Assembly: GCA_951406725.2 (NCBI GenBank)
Contig: OX597817.1
Span: 160,456,001 to 160,520,000, forward strand
Direction: 5' to 3'
Origin: Octopus vulgaris
Lineage: Eukaryota
DNA: 64,000 bases
Shown here: piece by piece, positions 31,115 through 44,176 of the stretch
How positions within the stretch are numbered: position 1 is the stretch's first letter
How the letters are laid out: the number at the start of each line of letters is the position of its first letter
Translations under genes and position numbers: made by a program
The notes under the pieces: model-generated
Told to the model about the DNA's origin: nothing
What the model saw: the letters and a program-made list of their open reading frames with translations, nothing else
Databases searched by the model: none

Positions 31115-31310
31115 CGCCATGATAGATCGTTAGCCACTACACACATTTTTCTATCCTTGTTTTTTTCTGTGTCCCTTTCTGGAGAAGAGCGTAGGCTCGA
31201 AAGGTAAAATAATTTTTATATTCCTGAGCGTTATACTAATACATCTGTTTGTTTTATACACCACCTGTCTTCGACTTTTGTTTTTTTTTTTTCGTAAACT
31301 CTCCCCATAT
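31115..31310 (+). mobile_element. Short dispersed repeat, probably Penelope-derived, with a degenerate hammerhead core
   Basis: Second copy at 46585-46780; CTGGAGA-A-GAGC-GTAG-GCTC-GAAA. Confidence 0.55.
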
Positions 31311-31980
31311 ATATATCGGTAAAGTACGTCACCAATTGTGTAAACAACTTGAAGTACGAAAACAAATGAGTTAGAAACGCAAAAAAAAAACGAGAGAAAA
31401 TATGGAAAACAAGACACGTAACACGGAGAACGACCCTTCGTCAGTTGTCGGCTTTCTGTCTACTCTTCATTTCGAGCATACAACCACAATATGAGTCTTC
31501 GAAGACAGTTGCTCCCATAAATTGCATCGTTCATTAAATAAGGTAGAGAAAGGAATAGTATTTACACAGTCATTTTCGGTCATTGCTGAAATAAGAATTT
31601 AAAAACAGAAAGGTCGTTTAACATTTATTTAAAACTAACAATCTTATCTTGAAAATTCAAAAGTAAAAAGCTTCTTTTGAGAGGTTACTTCGACCGTTTA
31701 CATTATTTACATTATTTTTCTTTAAAACTTGTAACATAAAACCCTTACGATGCCGTACACTATTAAAAGCAGCAGAGGTTGTGATAAGCTCGTAGATAAT
31801 TCTAACTTTATTTATAGGCGAGAAGGAAAATATGGAAGCAAGGTCTACTGAAAGTATGTTGATTCAAACTGTAAAACAAGAGTTAATACAGAACTGAAGT
31901 GATTTCTATTGTAAAATTCTAAGTGAGCGTACGCATCCATCGAATCCTAACCAACTAAAAATGCAAGAAGCAATAGCAAA

Positions 31981-32373
31981 TCTCTCTATATATAAAGCTG
32001 AAGTTGTCTGTGTATGGCAGGTTTGGTAGCCTTCAACTAACACTATCTCCTCCGAGACCCTGCGGCGCAAGTTGACCAAAATTGAGAGTATGATAGAAGA
32101 AGGCTTGCTCTTCCTTCCGTAGAAGAAAAATTCAAATCGGACTATGTTAACACCAAAATTTATTTACATCAAAAAGGTGCTTTTTTTTCTATGAAAATCC
32201 CTATTTTTTTACGATTTTTTGACTGCTGTGTCTCCATTTTTCGGTGTATTTCAACCAGAAAAATGTTCACTTAAAGAGAATAACAAGCTACATAATGCAA
32301 TTTTTTTACTTTTCAAAAATTCCAATTCTAAAGGGTCGAGACAAACCCGAGCAACGCCGGGCAATACTGCTAG
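31981..32373 (+). mobile_element. Non-autonomous Helitron, full length
   Basis: 5' TC, 3' hairpin CCCGAGCAACGCCGGG and CTAG; inserted between A and T without TSD; removing it restores the host frame EAIAN|MKEN. Confidence 0.85.
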
Positions 32374-32993
32374 TATGAAAGAAAATGCACTTAAATCGCA
32401 GTTAGCTTCAAAATCTTTGACAAATGCGGCATGTGGGGAATTAGAGGATGAACGACGCTGTCTAATGCCATCAACTCCAAGTTTATCAAGAAATATTAGA
32501 AGGCGGAGACAAAAGGAAGAAAAGGGCTCTCCTATACCTAGATCAAGAATTCTCGATATATTTACGTGTCTACAGAACAGAGAAAGATTTTTACACTACG
32601 ATAGTGAGGTGGAAGACGAAAACAGAATGTTGATTTTTGGTACGACTGCAGGGTTCCACGATCTAGAAATACATGATAATTGATCAAGCGATGGAACATT
32701 AAAGGTTTTTCTTGAAATTTATTATCAGTTATATACTCTACATGTCAGCATAGAACATGCATGCATCTCACGAATTTACGGTCTCCTTCCGAAGAAGACT
32801 TGACAAATACAATAGGTTTTTTTCAAAAGGTAAAAGATTTGCTCGAGTCCCTAAGACCTGAAAATCTAAACAAGCTAGTTTTCTAAGTTTTTCTGACAAT
32901 TTTCCATCTACAAACGTAACAGGCTGTTTTAATCATTTCTGTAAAAATGTTTGCAGAAAGGTGACAGATATTGAGCTTAAGGTGGGATATCAA

Positions 32994-33403
32994 ACTCTTT
33001 TACTCTTTTACTTGTTTCAGTCATTTGACAGTGGCCATGCTGGAGCACCGCCTTTAGTCGAGCAAATCGACCCCAGGACTTATTCTTTGTAAGTCTAGTA
33101 CTTATTCTATTGGTCCCTTTTGCCGAACCGTTAAGTTACAGGGACGTAAACCCACCAGCATCGGTTGTCAAGCGATGTTGGGGGAACAAACACAGATACA
33201 CAAACATATACACACACATACACATATACATACATATATACAACGGGCTTCTTTCAGTTTCTGTCTACCAAATCCACTCACAAGGCTTTGGTCGGCCCGA
33301 GGCTATAGTAGACGACATTTGACCAAAGTGCCACGCAGTGAGACTGAACCCGGAACCATGTGGTTGGTAAGCAAGCTACTTACCACACAGCCACTCCTAC
33401 GCC
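32994..33403 (-). mobile_element. SINE family B inserted in the MULE remnant
   Basis: Full reverse-complement copy. Confidence 0.9.
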
Positions 33404-33839
33404 TGATAGTGATTTTAACACAAAAGTAAAGTGCCTTATGGCACTTGCATTCATCCCGCCTCCAGACACCATCGATGCATTTATAGAGCTTGTGGATGAC
33501 GATGACCTGCCACAAGAACTTGTGGCATATTTTGAAATGCATTACATTGGTGGGGAGAGAGGCAGGGGAACCCGTAGACATAGAGTTCCTCCTACATTTC
33601 CTATCGGTCGTTGGAGTTTGTACGAAAGAACCCTAAATCAGCTGGCTAACACCAACAATGGAGTAGAAGGTTCCCATAATGCGCTGCTGCAAGCATCTGT
33701 TACAAATACTCATCGAAATTTATGGAAATTTACCAATGTCTTGAGATATGAAGAATCTCTTTCTAAAAAGAAGGTAAACGATGCAGCAAGAGGAGAAACC
33801 GCATCCAAGAAACAAATTACAAAAATACATTATGTATAT

Positions 33840-33994
33840 TCGACGGATATTTGTCCTCATCTTGTTTGTTGTTAACACAACGTTTCGGCTGGTATACCCT
33901 CCGGCCTTCTTCAGGTGTCTTGGAGAAATTTCGAACCTGGGTTCTCATTCCTAAGGTATTTTTCGATGTTGTTGTTATTATTATTATTATTATT

Positions 33995-34036
<42 letters not shown>

Positions 34037-34102
34037 GAGGTTACTGCTTGGAATCGAACTCGGAATCTTGGGGTTAGTAGCTCGTGCTATATGCCCGTGG
34101 GC
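33840..34102 (-). mobile_element. Composite short element: tRNA-like head + (AAC)n(AAT)n + hammerhead-containing tail
   Basis: Minus strand GCCCACGGGCATA..GAGTTCGATTC (B box), microsatellite, then GACAC-CTGAAGA..GAAACGTT-GTGTT. Confidence 0.65.
33874..33919 (-). ncRNA. Minimal type I hammerhead ribozyme (Penelope-type), near intact
   Basis: GACAC | CUGAAGA | A | GGCCGG-AGGGUAUA-CCAGCC | GAAAC GUU | GUGUU: core nucleotides present, stem I pairs, stem II has one mismatch, stem III is the palindrome AACGUU. Confidence 0.65.
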
Positions 34103-34371
34103 AATATCTAAACTCAATACCTGGAGTTAAACATAGGGGTCTAGTAAAGTAAAATATGAATCAATGAGGCCCATTGGCAAAATGTGATTGAAAACCGCTG
34201 ATTTAGGACGAAGCCTCAAACGATTCTGCCACGGCACGACACTAGAAACACTAAACTACAATATTACCGTAGAAGTACACAGAAAGCTGTAGATAGATTA
34301 CACTACGACTGCAGAACATTACAACTACACACGCTATCATGATACTAACACAAGTGTGGCCATCCGATGGA

Positions 34372-34755
34372 ATGGAAGCACTCCGTCGGTTCCGACGACG
34401 AGGGTTCCGGTTGATCCGATCAACGGAACAGCCTGCTCGTGAAATTAACGTGTAAGTGGCTGAGCACTCCACAGACACGTGTACCCTTAACGTAATTCTC
34501 GGGGATATTCAGCGTGACACAGAGAGTGACAAGGCCGGCCCTTTGAAATACAGGTACAACAGAAACAGGAAGTAAGAGTGAGAGAGAGTTGTGGTGAAAG
34601 AGTACAGCAGGGATCACCACCATCCCCTGCCGGAGCCTCGTGGAACATTTAAGGTGTTTTCGCTCAAACACTCACAACGCCCGGTCTGGGAATCGAAACC
34701 GCGATTCTACGACCGCGAGTCCGCTGCCCTAACCACTGGGCCATTGCGCCTCCAC
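34372..34755 (-). mobile_element. SINE family C, tail type i
   Basis: Reverse-complement full copy. Confidence 0.9.
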
Positions 34756-35624
34756 AGATACAACCATCATAATTGGGTAAACATTATGCTAGGTAAATGG
34801 TGGGGAGAAGTAAATCTACTGGACAAGACAATAAACCTTTCATTGATATGGCGGTAATGGTGGTTGCAATAGAGATATGTAAAATGAGGAGATAACTTAT
34901 ATAGGCTATAGTATAATTACCCTGGACACACACACACACACGTTCGTATCCCAAACATATACTCACAATCCACAAACAACATAATACATGCAATATTCTC
35001 TACGTAATTGTATACAGTCTTCTGACACAAGCAACAGAAGGAGTACATAGGAAATACATATAAACAATTTTTGATTATGTCTGTGTTTCGTTTCGTTTTT
35101 CTGTTTCTGATTCTGTTTTTTTTTTCCTTCTCCTTTTTATTCCAGTTACTGGATTTTGTTTATGTAAATCTGGCCAAAAGTGAGTCACCGTCGTCCCACC
35201 TATACGCGTAATGCGACATATTGTCTCTCTAGAAAGACAAGCTTTTTTCTCTTTTTTTATCATTTTACACTCGAAAATGTTAGATAATATATTGAAAGAA
35301 GAAATAAAGTGTGGCACCATTGACACGGTGTACAGCTTTCCCATCAGTGTTAGATGATATTCATCACAAGGGGGCGTGTGTCGGGGGTGAACTTGAAAAT
35401 GTTGTTATGATGGTTTGACTCCTTCGGGGGATTGAAATGCAATTATTATGAATGACAGAACATGTACGGTGTGAAGATGGATAAAGTTTCCGATGTAGAC
35501 AAAGAGCTACAGTCGTGGAGACTATGGAAAATATAAAAAGGAGTGTACGCGTATATGCTGACTGTGAGACTGATGAGTAAAGCTAGTTAGTACAGAGTAC
35601 AGTTCCAATATGGCTGCTTGTACC

Positions 35625-36088
35625 TATATGTGTATATATATATGTATTTACATAAGTGTGTATATGTAACTGCATGAATATGAATATGCATTTACGTAAT
35701 TACGAAGAATGTGTGTATGTATGTATACATGTATGTATGTATGTATGTATGTACATATATATGTATGCATGTATGTATGTACGTATGTACATATCTATGT
35801 GAGTGCGTGTGTGTATGTACATATCTATGTTTGTGTATATGAATGTATATATGTTTTGCATGTATGTATGTACGTACGCATGTACCTATCTCTGTGTTTG
35901 TGTAAGTATGAATGTATGTATGTATGTATGCACGAATATATGAATGTATATATCTGTGTATGTACGAATTTATGCTTGTGTGTATGAATGTATGTATGTA
36001 TGAAAGTACGAATTTATGTATGTATATATCTGTGTATGTATGTATTTATGTATGTATGTATGTATGTATGTATGTATGTATGTATGTA
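35625..36088. repeat. Degenerate (TATG)n low-complexity tract
   Basis: Directly visible. Confidence 0.9.
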
Positions 36089-36475
36089 CCAACAACATAC
36101 TCAGCGTTGCCCTGACTAAAAACTAGCTGTAATTGACCCAGAATTCTTCTTAATGAAAGAATTTTTTTTTTCCTTCTGTGAAATAGAAGTGTTGGATTTC
36201 TTTTGAAAAGTTATTTTCCATGTAAGAAATGAAATTCTCTTCCACGTCTGACACCTAATGTATTATGCTATAGATTCACATTCAATAGCAATAGTGTATA
36301 TATATTGGTTTCAAATTTTGGCACAAGGCCAGCATTTCGGGAGAGGAGATAAGTCGATTACATCGACCCCAGTACTCAGCTGGTGCTTATTTTATCAATC
36401 CCCATAGAGGATGAAAGGCAATGGAAAATGTAAAACTGCTGTCAGAGAAAGACTATTGTTCCATCGTGGGAAAAG

Positions 36476-36783
36476 GGCTCTTTTCGCTTTGACCGGCAGG
36501 TTTTTAAAATAATTTCCATGTAACTAAACAATTTTAAACTTCGTATACTGGTAGAATGTGTTTATAAAACATCTTTTTCTCTTGGCTTTCTTGAGAAAAT
36601 TGGTTGAAATTGCCGAAATTGAAGAAAATATCTTACAAATATCTTACAAACTACAGAATTTTCTCAATAAAGCCAAGAGAAAAAGATGTTTTATAAACAC
36701 ATTCTACCAGTAAACGAAGTTTAAAATTTTTTTAGTTACATGGAAATTAATTAAAAAATCTGCCGGTCAAAGCGAAAAGTTCT
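36476..36783. mobile_element. Palindromic (foldback) relative of the GG-ended MITE family
   Basis: Arms of about 125 bp are inverted copies of the family's right end (TTTTCTCAATAAAGCCAAGAGAAAAAGATGTTTTATAAACACATTCTACCAG...). Confidence 0.85.
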
Positions 36784-37556
36784 GTTGCAGTGTTAATTTA
36801 AATTTGGCTATGGTGGATCAAATCCACTTCATGCATGCAAGATCCACTACACATATATTGGTTAAAATGATGTATTGTTCTTTTATATCTCGTATAGCAC
36901 TTTTTGGAAATGTTGTTTTTGCTGACACATGATTCCATGTGTTCCCAACGATACAAAATTCCCTGTGACCGTCACGATGATGTCTTTCCCTCTCAATAAC
37001 ATAATTAGGAAACTAGCGTCTTCTTAAGTCAGACAAATGGACGTCTCAATACTAACTAACGAACGAACGAAGTAACTAACTAACTGTCTAACTGACTGAC
37101 TGGCTGACTAACTAACTAGTTAGCTAGCCAGCTAACTACCTAACTATCTGACTGACTTCATTTTAATCTGTCTGTGTTGACAGATGACACTAGAAAACGA
37201 ACACAAAACTACCTGACGTAGCAGCATTTTCACTCGGTAAAGCCTATATACATATTCTGTTGTTAACGCTAATAAAGTCACTAATTTTCATTATGTCAAC
37301 AAATTTTTCGTGTGTCTCTTGTTTTGAAAAAGGAGCAATTTTTCCATTTTTTTTTCGTTACAAATATCTGCTGGTTGAACTTTTGTTTTAGTTTTCTGTG
37401 TGTTGAGGATGTATCATTTTGTAGCCAGCCTGGAAGCCATTGTTTACGAAATCTCAGAAAAATAAAAACGCAAAAACTTAGAAACACCCACTTAACTCGT
37501 TTCTTTTAGTAAAAAAGTAAAATCCACTCGTTGAGAATATCCTCTGTGTGTGTGTA

Positions 37557-37608
<52 letters not shown>

Positions 37609-37769
37609 TGCGTGCGCGTGCATACGTGTGCGTGCGGGTGTTAACTCTGTATGTGTGTGCGTGCGCGTGTTACATGTGTGCATGTTAATCCAAACGAAGA
37701 ATAGGTTGTTAATATACTTTTGAAAAGGTAGAATTATCAAAAATTATTTTAAGCACTGTCAGGAGCCAT

Positions 37770-38270
37770 TAAAAAAATGTCTTGTCAGGTGAGCGGCTAA
37801 AAACATAAGGAGCAGAGGTGTGCTTAATGCAAAAGGTACCATTAACGCTGCAATATTTGGTTTGAGAAACTATGTCGTGCATAATGAAGAAAGAATATTG
37901 TTTGCGGCCAGAAATATCCAAAATGTCAGTGAAACAGGAAAAGGATTCACGAATAGTAGAAAAGAAAATAACAGGAGAAGAAGACTAATTCATGCAACAA
38001 ACCAAAGATACTGGAATTTAAGACCTTTGGTTTTCGCTGACAGATAGAAACCTGAAATGAGAAAACGAAGCGCTAATTATAGCCGTTTAGGAACAAAGCA
38101 GCAGAACGAAGTTAATGACAAAGATTGATAAAACTCGGCGAGCAAATGCAGAAAAAAGAAGACGAAAATATTAACCCTCTCTTAAATGAATACAGTAATC
38201 TAACGTAAAAAGAGTATAAGCGCTGGGACTACTCTATCGGTGAAAGAGTGCATTGGGATGTTAGCCGAGT
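37770..38270 (+). mobile_element. Highly decayed R4/Dong-like LINE fragment (post-RT, zinc-knuckle region)
   Basis: Fragmented frames resembling ETE..I.A..EQ..T..KID....C....E.I.....KEYKR....GERVHWD. Confidence 0.5.
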
Positions 38271-38275
38271 GAGAG

Positions 38276-38367
<92 letters not shown>

Positions 38368-39523
38368 TTTATCTAAATGCTATTTGTTGTATAACCTTCT
38401 AACAGCTCTGCGAAACAACGTGAAGCACTATTACACATCAACAAATTTTTATTATCGTGTATACTTCCACTTCTGGTGTATCTTGGCCTCGTTATCATGT
38501 TCGTTGCTACTCAACGAACTGTAATGTTCTATGTACTACGAGTTGTACTAAAAGAAATATCTAACGGCGATCACTATAACACAAAGGACATAGAAATTTT
38601 AGAAGAAATTTAATAAGACAATTGGTGTCCTTGAATTGTATGTTTCCTTCAAAAATTAACTTTATTTGTCCTTTTCCCCGCAGACGTTTACACAAATGTC
38701 TTCTTACATCTTGTTCTTCAAGAGAAATTGTATCTGGCCTACAGAGTTAGACTGTGTACATTGTTGATTGTAAACGGGGTTTGGTGAATTTAAGTTGAAA
38801 AATAAAATAAATTCTCTCGCGGCTTGCGACAGTTACTGTCAACGTGAGAAATGTTCTTAAAGCAATTAATATATCAGGTACAATGTCTTCTAATTCACTG
38901 AAAGCATTTAATTATATCCTTTGGAGAACTTTCTACTTTAAATTACTCTGTGCTATAGGATTTTTGGAGCGTAGCGTTGTTCAAACTAAAATATTTTCCT
39001 ATTTTCCCATATTTTGTAAATATATATATTTCATCTGTAGAAAACAGATTTTAAGGTGGGAAAATCGGTCTTTTAGGTACCTAAAATAATAGTTTAAATG
39101 TAGAAGATATAATTTTTCATTCAAATTTAGTAAAATCACCAAAAATTTTTAAGAACAAAATTTTTCTCAGATTTGAAATATAATTATACCAATTTAAGGT
39201 TATTAAATAGTACATTTCAATTGTCGTTTTCAAAATAAAAAAAATATTTTATGATTTTTAAATCAAGAATTGTTTTCTATCTTAACTTTTGTACTAAATT
39301 ATAAAAATGAACCAATATGAATAATTAAAATAATAAATACGATTGGTTTGTCCCAATAACTTTTAATTTCTTTTATCAGTGAAAAGCGTTGCCCGTAAAA
39401 AGAGTAGATTAGCAGGGAAAAAGTGCATGCAGGAATGTTAATATTTTTAATTGATTGAACATAAAAAAGAAAGGACAAAATTAAATGGAGAGTTAAAAAT
39501 ATTACAGCAGAAGATGAAGTTGA

Positions 39524-40304
<781 letters not shown>

Positions 40305-41736
40305 CTGTTGTTAGTTTTATTCAAATCCCTCTTTTGATTATATCATTCTTATGAGGAAAATCCTATTTAAAATTTCTCTGTTTACTCATAATAAAATAAA
40401 ATATGGTGGATGATTGGTAGACATTGAAGCACTCACATTCGATGAAGATGTAGCCTGTTTTTCAAAATTGAAAAAAAAAAAATCCACCAACCTTCCATTC
40501 CTGTTTTTTAAACCAAACTGATCTAACACTTAGGCACACAGAAATATGTGCTCATCAGTGGTAACGGGGGAGTAGCTAGGATGCAGTTTAACTTGCCAAG
40601 AAACAATCAAACAGGCAGTAGTATCCTGTCAACGCAAAAATAACGAGAGATAAATGGTGTAGGGGCTTCAGGAAGTAGGCAATCTTCTCTCGCTAAAAAG
40701 AATGAAAATTATCCTGAGTAGAGGCAATGGGTTTGAAATCTATGCCTATAAAGCTCTGGAAATCCATCAATTTTGAGCTCTTGATACCCAGAAACTCTCC
40801 TCCAACACTCACGATATAAATAAAGCTTGGCCAACAAACCGTCTTCCCCAAAGTGCACAAAGCTTAAATGATCTTTCTCAGACACAGCATAAAACACTGG
40901 GTGTGATCTCGGTTAGTCATGCACAGACGAGAAGGTGCTATGGAGGAAAGAAAATAAGCCCTTCAGCTTTAACCCGTTACCTACACCACATACTGCTCAA
41001 GAACACCCTAACTTGTCTTAATATTTTCTCCTATTTTTTTCCACTTCAGCCCAACGAAAAGGCATTATCAAATTTAAATTCCAACTTCATCTGCAATATT
41101 TTTAAGCTTTCATTTATTCTTGCCTTGTAATTTTCCAGGTTCATTAAATCAAAAATATTACCACTTGTGTACCTGTATTTTCCCCTCTTGTTAAATTTAT
41201 TCGAATCGAGGGGAAAAAAAACCATATTACATTTTGGTTGTTACTCCGTAAGTTGGCACATGCGTTACACTCTGCTATGCAGTAATCACTAAAAATTGGT
41301 AATATTAGTGAGGCAACGAAGACGATGAGCTGGGAGAACTGTTAATATACCGGACAAAACCGCTCAATGTATTTCGTCAATTTTTACGTTGTGAGTTCAA
41401 ATTTCATCCTTTCCGGCTCGATAAAATAATTACAAATCGAGCACCGGGGTTGATGAAATCGACTAGCCCTCTCCACCAAAATTTCAGGACCTGAGCTTTT
41501 AGTGGGAAGGTTAATTAAGGCGGTGACTTGGCAGAATTATTACTACGCCGGACAAAATGGTCCGTGGCATTTCTTCCGGCTTTACATTCTGAGTCCAAAT
41601 TCCGCCGAGGTTGACATTGCTTTTCATACTTACACACAAAGCTACAGGTATAGTACTTATAGTAGAATGGTTTATTATTATTACTAGCAGAAATATCACC
41701 CACCGGGCTGTTCTCTCCTACTTTCTACTGTGGTTG

Positions 41737-41856
41737 TTAACAGAACTTCTTAACCAGACAGCTTTTTCATCAAGCGGGGATGAATCTTGTTATGCCTAGA
41801 GAAAAATATTTTCTGTAGGCATAACAAAATTCTTTCCCACTTAGAAGTTCTGTTAA
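41737..41856. repeat. Short foldback hairpin element
   Basis: AAGCGGGGATGAATCTTGTTATGCCTAGAGAAA pairs with TTTCTGTAGGCATAACAAAATTCTTTCCCACTT; outer TTAACAGAACTTCT/AGAAGTTCTGTTAA. Confidence 0.8.
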
Positions 41857-42010
41857 TAACCACATGCTTCCAGGTTCAGTTCCACTGCGCTCCGCCTAGG
41901 GCAAATATCTTCTACTGTAGTCTTGGCCGACCAATGACTTGTGAATGAGTTTGGTAGACGGAAACTCTGTGAAAACCCGTTGTATATATATATAATATAT
42001 ATACAACGGG

Positions 42011-42078
<68 letters not shown>

Positions 42079-42117
42079 TATAGAGATATATATATATATA
42101 ATATATATATATAAAAA

Positions 42118-42405
42118 TTGTTTGTTTGTTCCTTCTCGAGCTATGCCTGGCTCATAAGGACCGATTTCCCGGTTTCCTTGGCGTATAGGTTCCCCACCTG
42201 GACGGGACGCCGGTCCGTCGCAGGTGAGCTGCAAGATGCAGGAGGAAAGAGTGAGAGAAAGTTGTGGTGAAAGAGCCAGCAGAAGTTCGCTGTTACCTTG
42301 TGCCGGAACCGCGTGGATCTTAGGTGTTTCGCTCATAAAGACACATATCGCCCGGTCTGAGATTCGAACCCGTGATCCCTCGACCGCGAGTCCGCTGCTC
42401 TAACT
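42118..42405 (-). mobile_element. SINE family C-related, tail type iii
   Basis: Matches 60247-60540; (CAAA)n tail. Confidence 0.85.
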
Positions 42406-42544
42406 ACTATATATATGTTTAGATAAATAGATACATACATACATACATACATACATACATACATACATACATACATACATACATACATACATACATACAT
42501 ACATACATACATACATACATACATACATACATACATACATACAT

Positions 42545-42592
<48 letters not shown>

Positions 42593-42607
42593 TTCTATAC
42601 ATAGTTA

Positions 42608-42860
42608 AAAAAATAAGTGAAGTTGGAAAAGGCACAAAAGTATATTTTAGAGAATGTTTAATATTTTTGTTACACCCACCACAATATTCAAAACATATTT
42701 CTAAAAAATATATTTTGTATATTGTGGTGGGTGTATATATGTGTGCGTGTTTTAAGGTGGATACATGGAAACCTGCTAAGATTTAAATTACTATAATAAA
42801 AATATTAAACATTCTCTAAAGTATACTTTTGTGCCTTTTCCAACTTAGCTCATTTTTTTA
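42608..42860. mobile_element. Foldback MITE-like element with a nested internal palindrome
   Basis: About 60-bp inverted arms AAGTTGGAAAAGGCACAAAAGTATA../..TATACTTTTGTGCCTTTTCCAACTT; internal TACACCCACCACAATAT/ATATTGTGGTGGGTGTA. Confidence 0.75.
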
Positions 42861-43694
42861 ATCATAAGTTTTTATTTGCATGAACTCATTACAGCTATAC
42901 ATGTATATGTGTGTGTATGTGTGTGTGTGTTTATCTTTTCCCGTACGCCACTGTTTGACAACCAGTGTTGGTTTGTTTACGTCTACATAATTTACCAGTT
43001 CGGCAAAAAAGAGCGATAGGGTAAACGTCGAACATAAAAATGAGTATTGAGGTTCGATTTGATCGACCCCTTTCAAAGTGGTGCCCCAGCGTGGCCGCGG
43101 TCCAATGACGGAGACAAGGAAAAGACTAAAGAAGAAGCTATATGAAAATAGATGATTGAATTACCAGTAAAAAAAATAGCATGGGGTAATATACCGAATG
43201 TTTTATGCAAAAATTTCATATAAATGATATTTCCTAATTATAAATTATGACATTGAAGGCGCGTGCCCGAGTGGTTGGAGTGTTCGGCTTTTATCATAAG
43301 GTCGAAGTTTCGATTCCTGGACCAAATGATATACTGTAACTTGAGCAAACCATATCATTTCACGTTGCCTTTTTTCACTCAGCAGAAGATAAAAACTTGC
43401 CTAGTAGAGTGCAACCCTGACCCTGCAGCTGTTACATCCTGTATGCTCCGCTAGATCAAAAGTGAGAGTAGCAAGAAAGTGCTTATATCCACTCGCAACT
43501 TCATGGACATGAATTAAATGAAAGCATGGTACACGCAATTAAGACGTACTCGCTTGTGAGTGAGGGTAGAGCTTTTTATAAAGCATTTCATCTTCCGTAA
43601 CCATATGAAATGCTATACTAAATAGCGTGATGATGCACCATATTTAAGCTTGTTAAGTTATCATGTTTATGTTACATTATACCGGGAGATTTTG

Positions 43695-44176
43695 TGGTTA
43701 GGGCAGCGGATTCGCGGTCGTAGTATTGCGGTTTCGATTCCCAGACCGGGCATGTTTATTGAGCGAAAACACCTAAAGCTCCACGAGGCTCCGACAGGGG
43801 GTGGTGGTGAACCCCGCTGTACTCTTTCACCACAACTTTCTCTTACTCTTTCTTTCTGTTTCTGTTGTACCCGTATTTCAAGGGGCCAGCCTTGTCACAC
43901 TCTGTGTCATGCTGAATCTCCCCGAAAACTACGTTATGGGTACATGTGCCTGTGGAGTGCTCAGCCACTTGCACGTTAATAAATGAGCTGCGACGTCACT
44001 GGTGCCAAGCTGTATCGGCCGTTGCCTTTCCCTAGGATAACATCGGTGGCATGGAGAGGAAAGGCTGGTATGCATGGGCGACTGCTGGTCTTCCATAAAC
44101 AACCTTGCCTAGACTTGTACCTCGGAGGGTAAGTTTCTAGGTGCAATCCCCTGGTCATTCATGACCGAAGGAGGTC
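43695..44176 (+). mobile_element. Chimeric SINE: family C head, partial tail i, fused to another SINE tail
   Basis: The 3' part (GGCTGGTATGCATGGGCG..AACAACCTTG..CATTCATGA) matches the SINE at 50630-50895. Confidence 0.75.

Larger units (their letters stand above)
31750..33830 (+). pseudogene. Decayed Mutator-like (MULE) transposase with an N-terminal FLYWCH-like domain; contains Helitron and SINE B insertions
   Basis: MPYTIKSSRGCDKLVDNSNFIY..KVY*K..CKTRV (FLYWCH-like); *SSDGTLK (W..DGTFK), YQLYTLH, GCFNHF (CxxH), LMALAFIP..YFEMHYIG..TNNGVEGSHN (catalytic E region); stops and frameshifts present. Confidence 0.85.

Noticed and set aside
33360-33875. 171-aa ORF as an intact or domesticated gene
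   Set aside because: It starts inside a SINE and is one piece of a stop- and frameshift-ridden MULE transposase.
35567-35590. CTGATGA as another hammerhead core
   Set aside because: No stem II followed by GAAA nearby.
40709-40897. 62-aa complex-looking minus-strand ORF
   Set aside because: No recognisable motif or splice signals; possibly an old transposon remnant but not assignable.
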